DNA of 64,000 nt from Dicyema japonicum (lineage: Eukaryota > Animalia > Dicyemida), in assembly GCA_011109175.1 (NCBI GenBank), contig RDEW01000016.1, forward strand, positions 1,051,653-1,115,652, given 5' to 3'. Numbering within the stretch: position 1 is the stretch's first letter; every line of letters begins with the position of its first letter. The notes under the pieces were generated by a model that saw nothing but the letters and a program-made list of their open reading frames with translations, made no database searches and was not told where the DNA came from. Positions 63,959 to 64,000 of this stretch are shown one piece after another. Made by a program: the position numbers and the translations under genes.

Positions 63959-64000
63959 ACTTGCATTTAGTCTGACTGACTTTGTTGATACCTGCTTAAT

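Overview
AT-rich eukaryotic (animal-like) genomic DNA, not prokaryotic; no CRISPR array, rRNA or bona fide tRNA found. Compact host genes with ultra-short GT-AG introns (about 22-28 nt): RABGAP1-like, CCT3, a divergent Arf/Arl GTPase with a long acidic repeat tail, MED20, BIG1/2-type Sec7 ArfGEF, IFT122 and SSBP2/3/4-like, plus a few unidentified ORFs. The intron sizes, animal-type proteins and a ciliary gene suggest a dicyemid-like reduced metazoan (inference). By my interval tally roughly 40-45% of the window is mobile DNA: three R4/Dong-like restriction-like-endonuclease (REL) elements, four CRE-like pieces, many RTE copies, Ingi/Vingi-like elements with 2A-like motifs, a pogo/Tigger transposon, and hAT and gypsy remnants. 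Best leads: (1) a tRNA-headed SINE whose 3' stem-loop matches, with compensatory base changes, the 3' end of an RTE LINE in the same window; (2) a covarying structured domain shared by that SINE and two non-tRNA repeats; (3) an RTE insertion with a twin-priming-type 5' inversion; (4) two divergent R4-like elements sharing a near-identical 5' leader; (5) a putative pseudo-GTPase. All homology calls are from recognised motifs, not database searches; exon boundaries are hand-inferred and gene ends are approximate.
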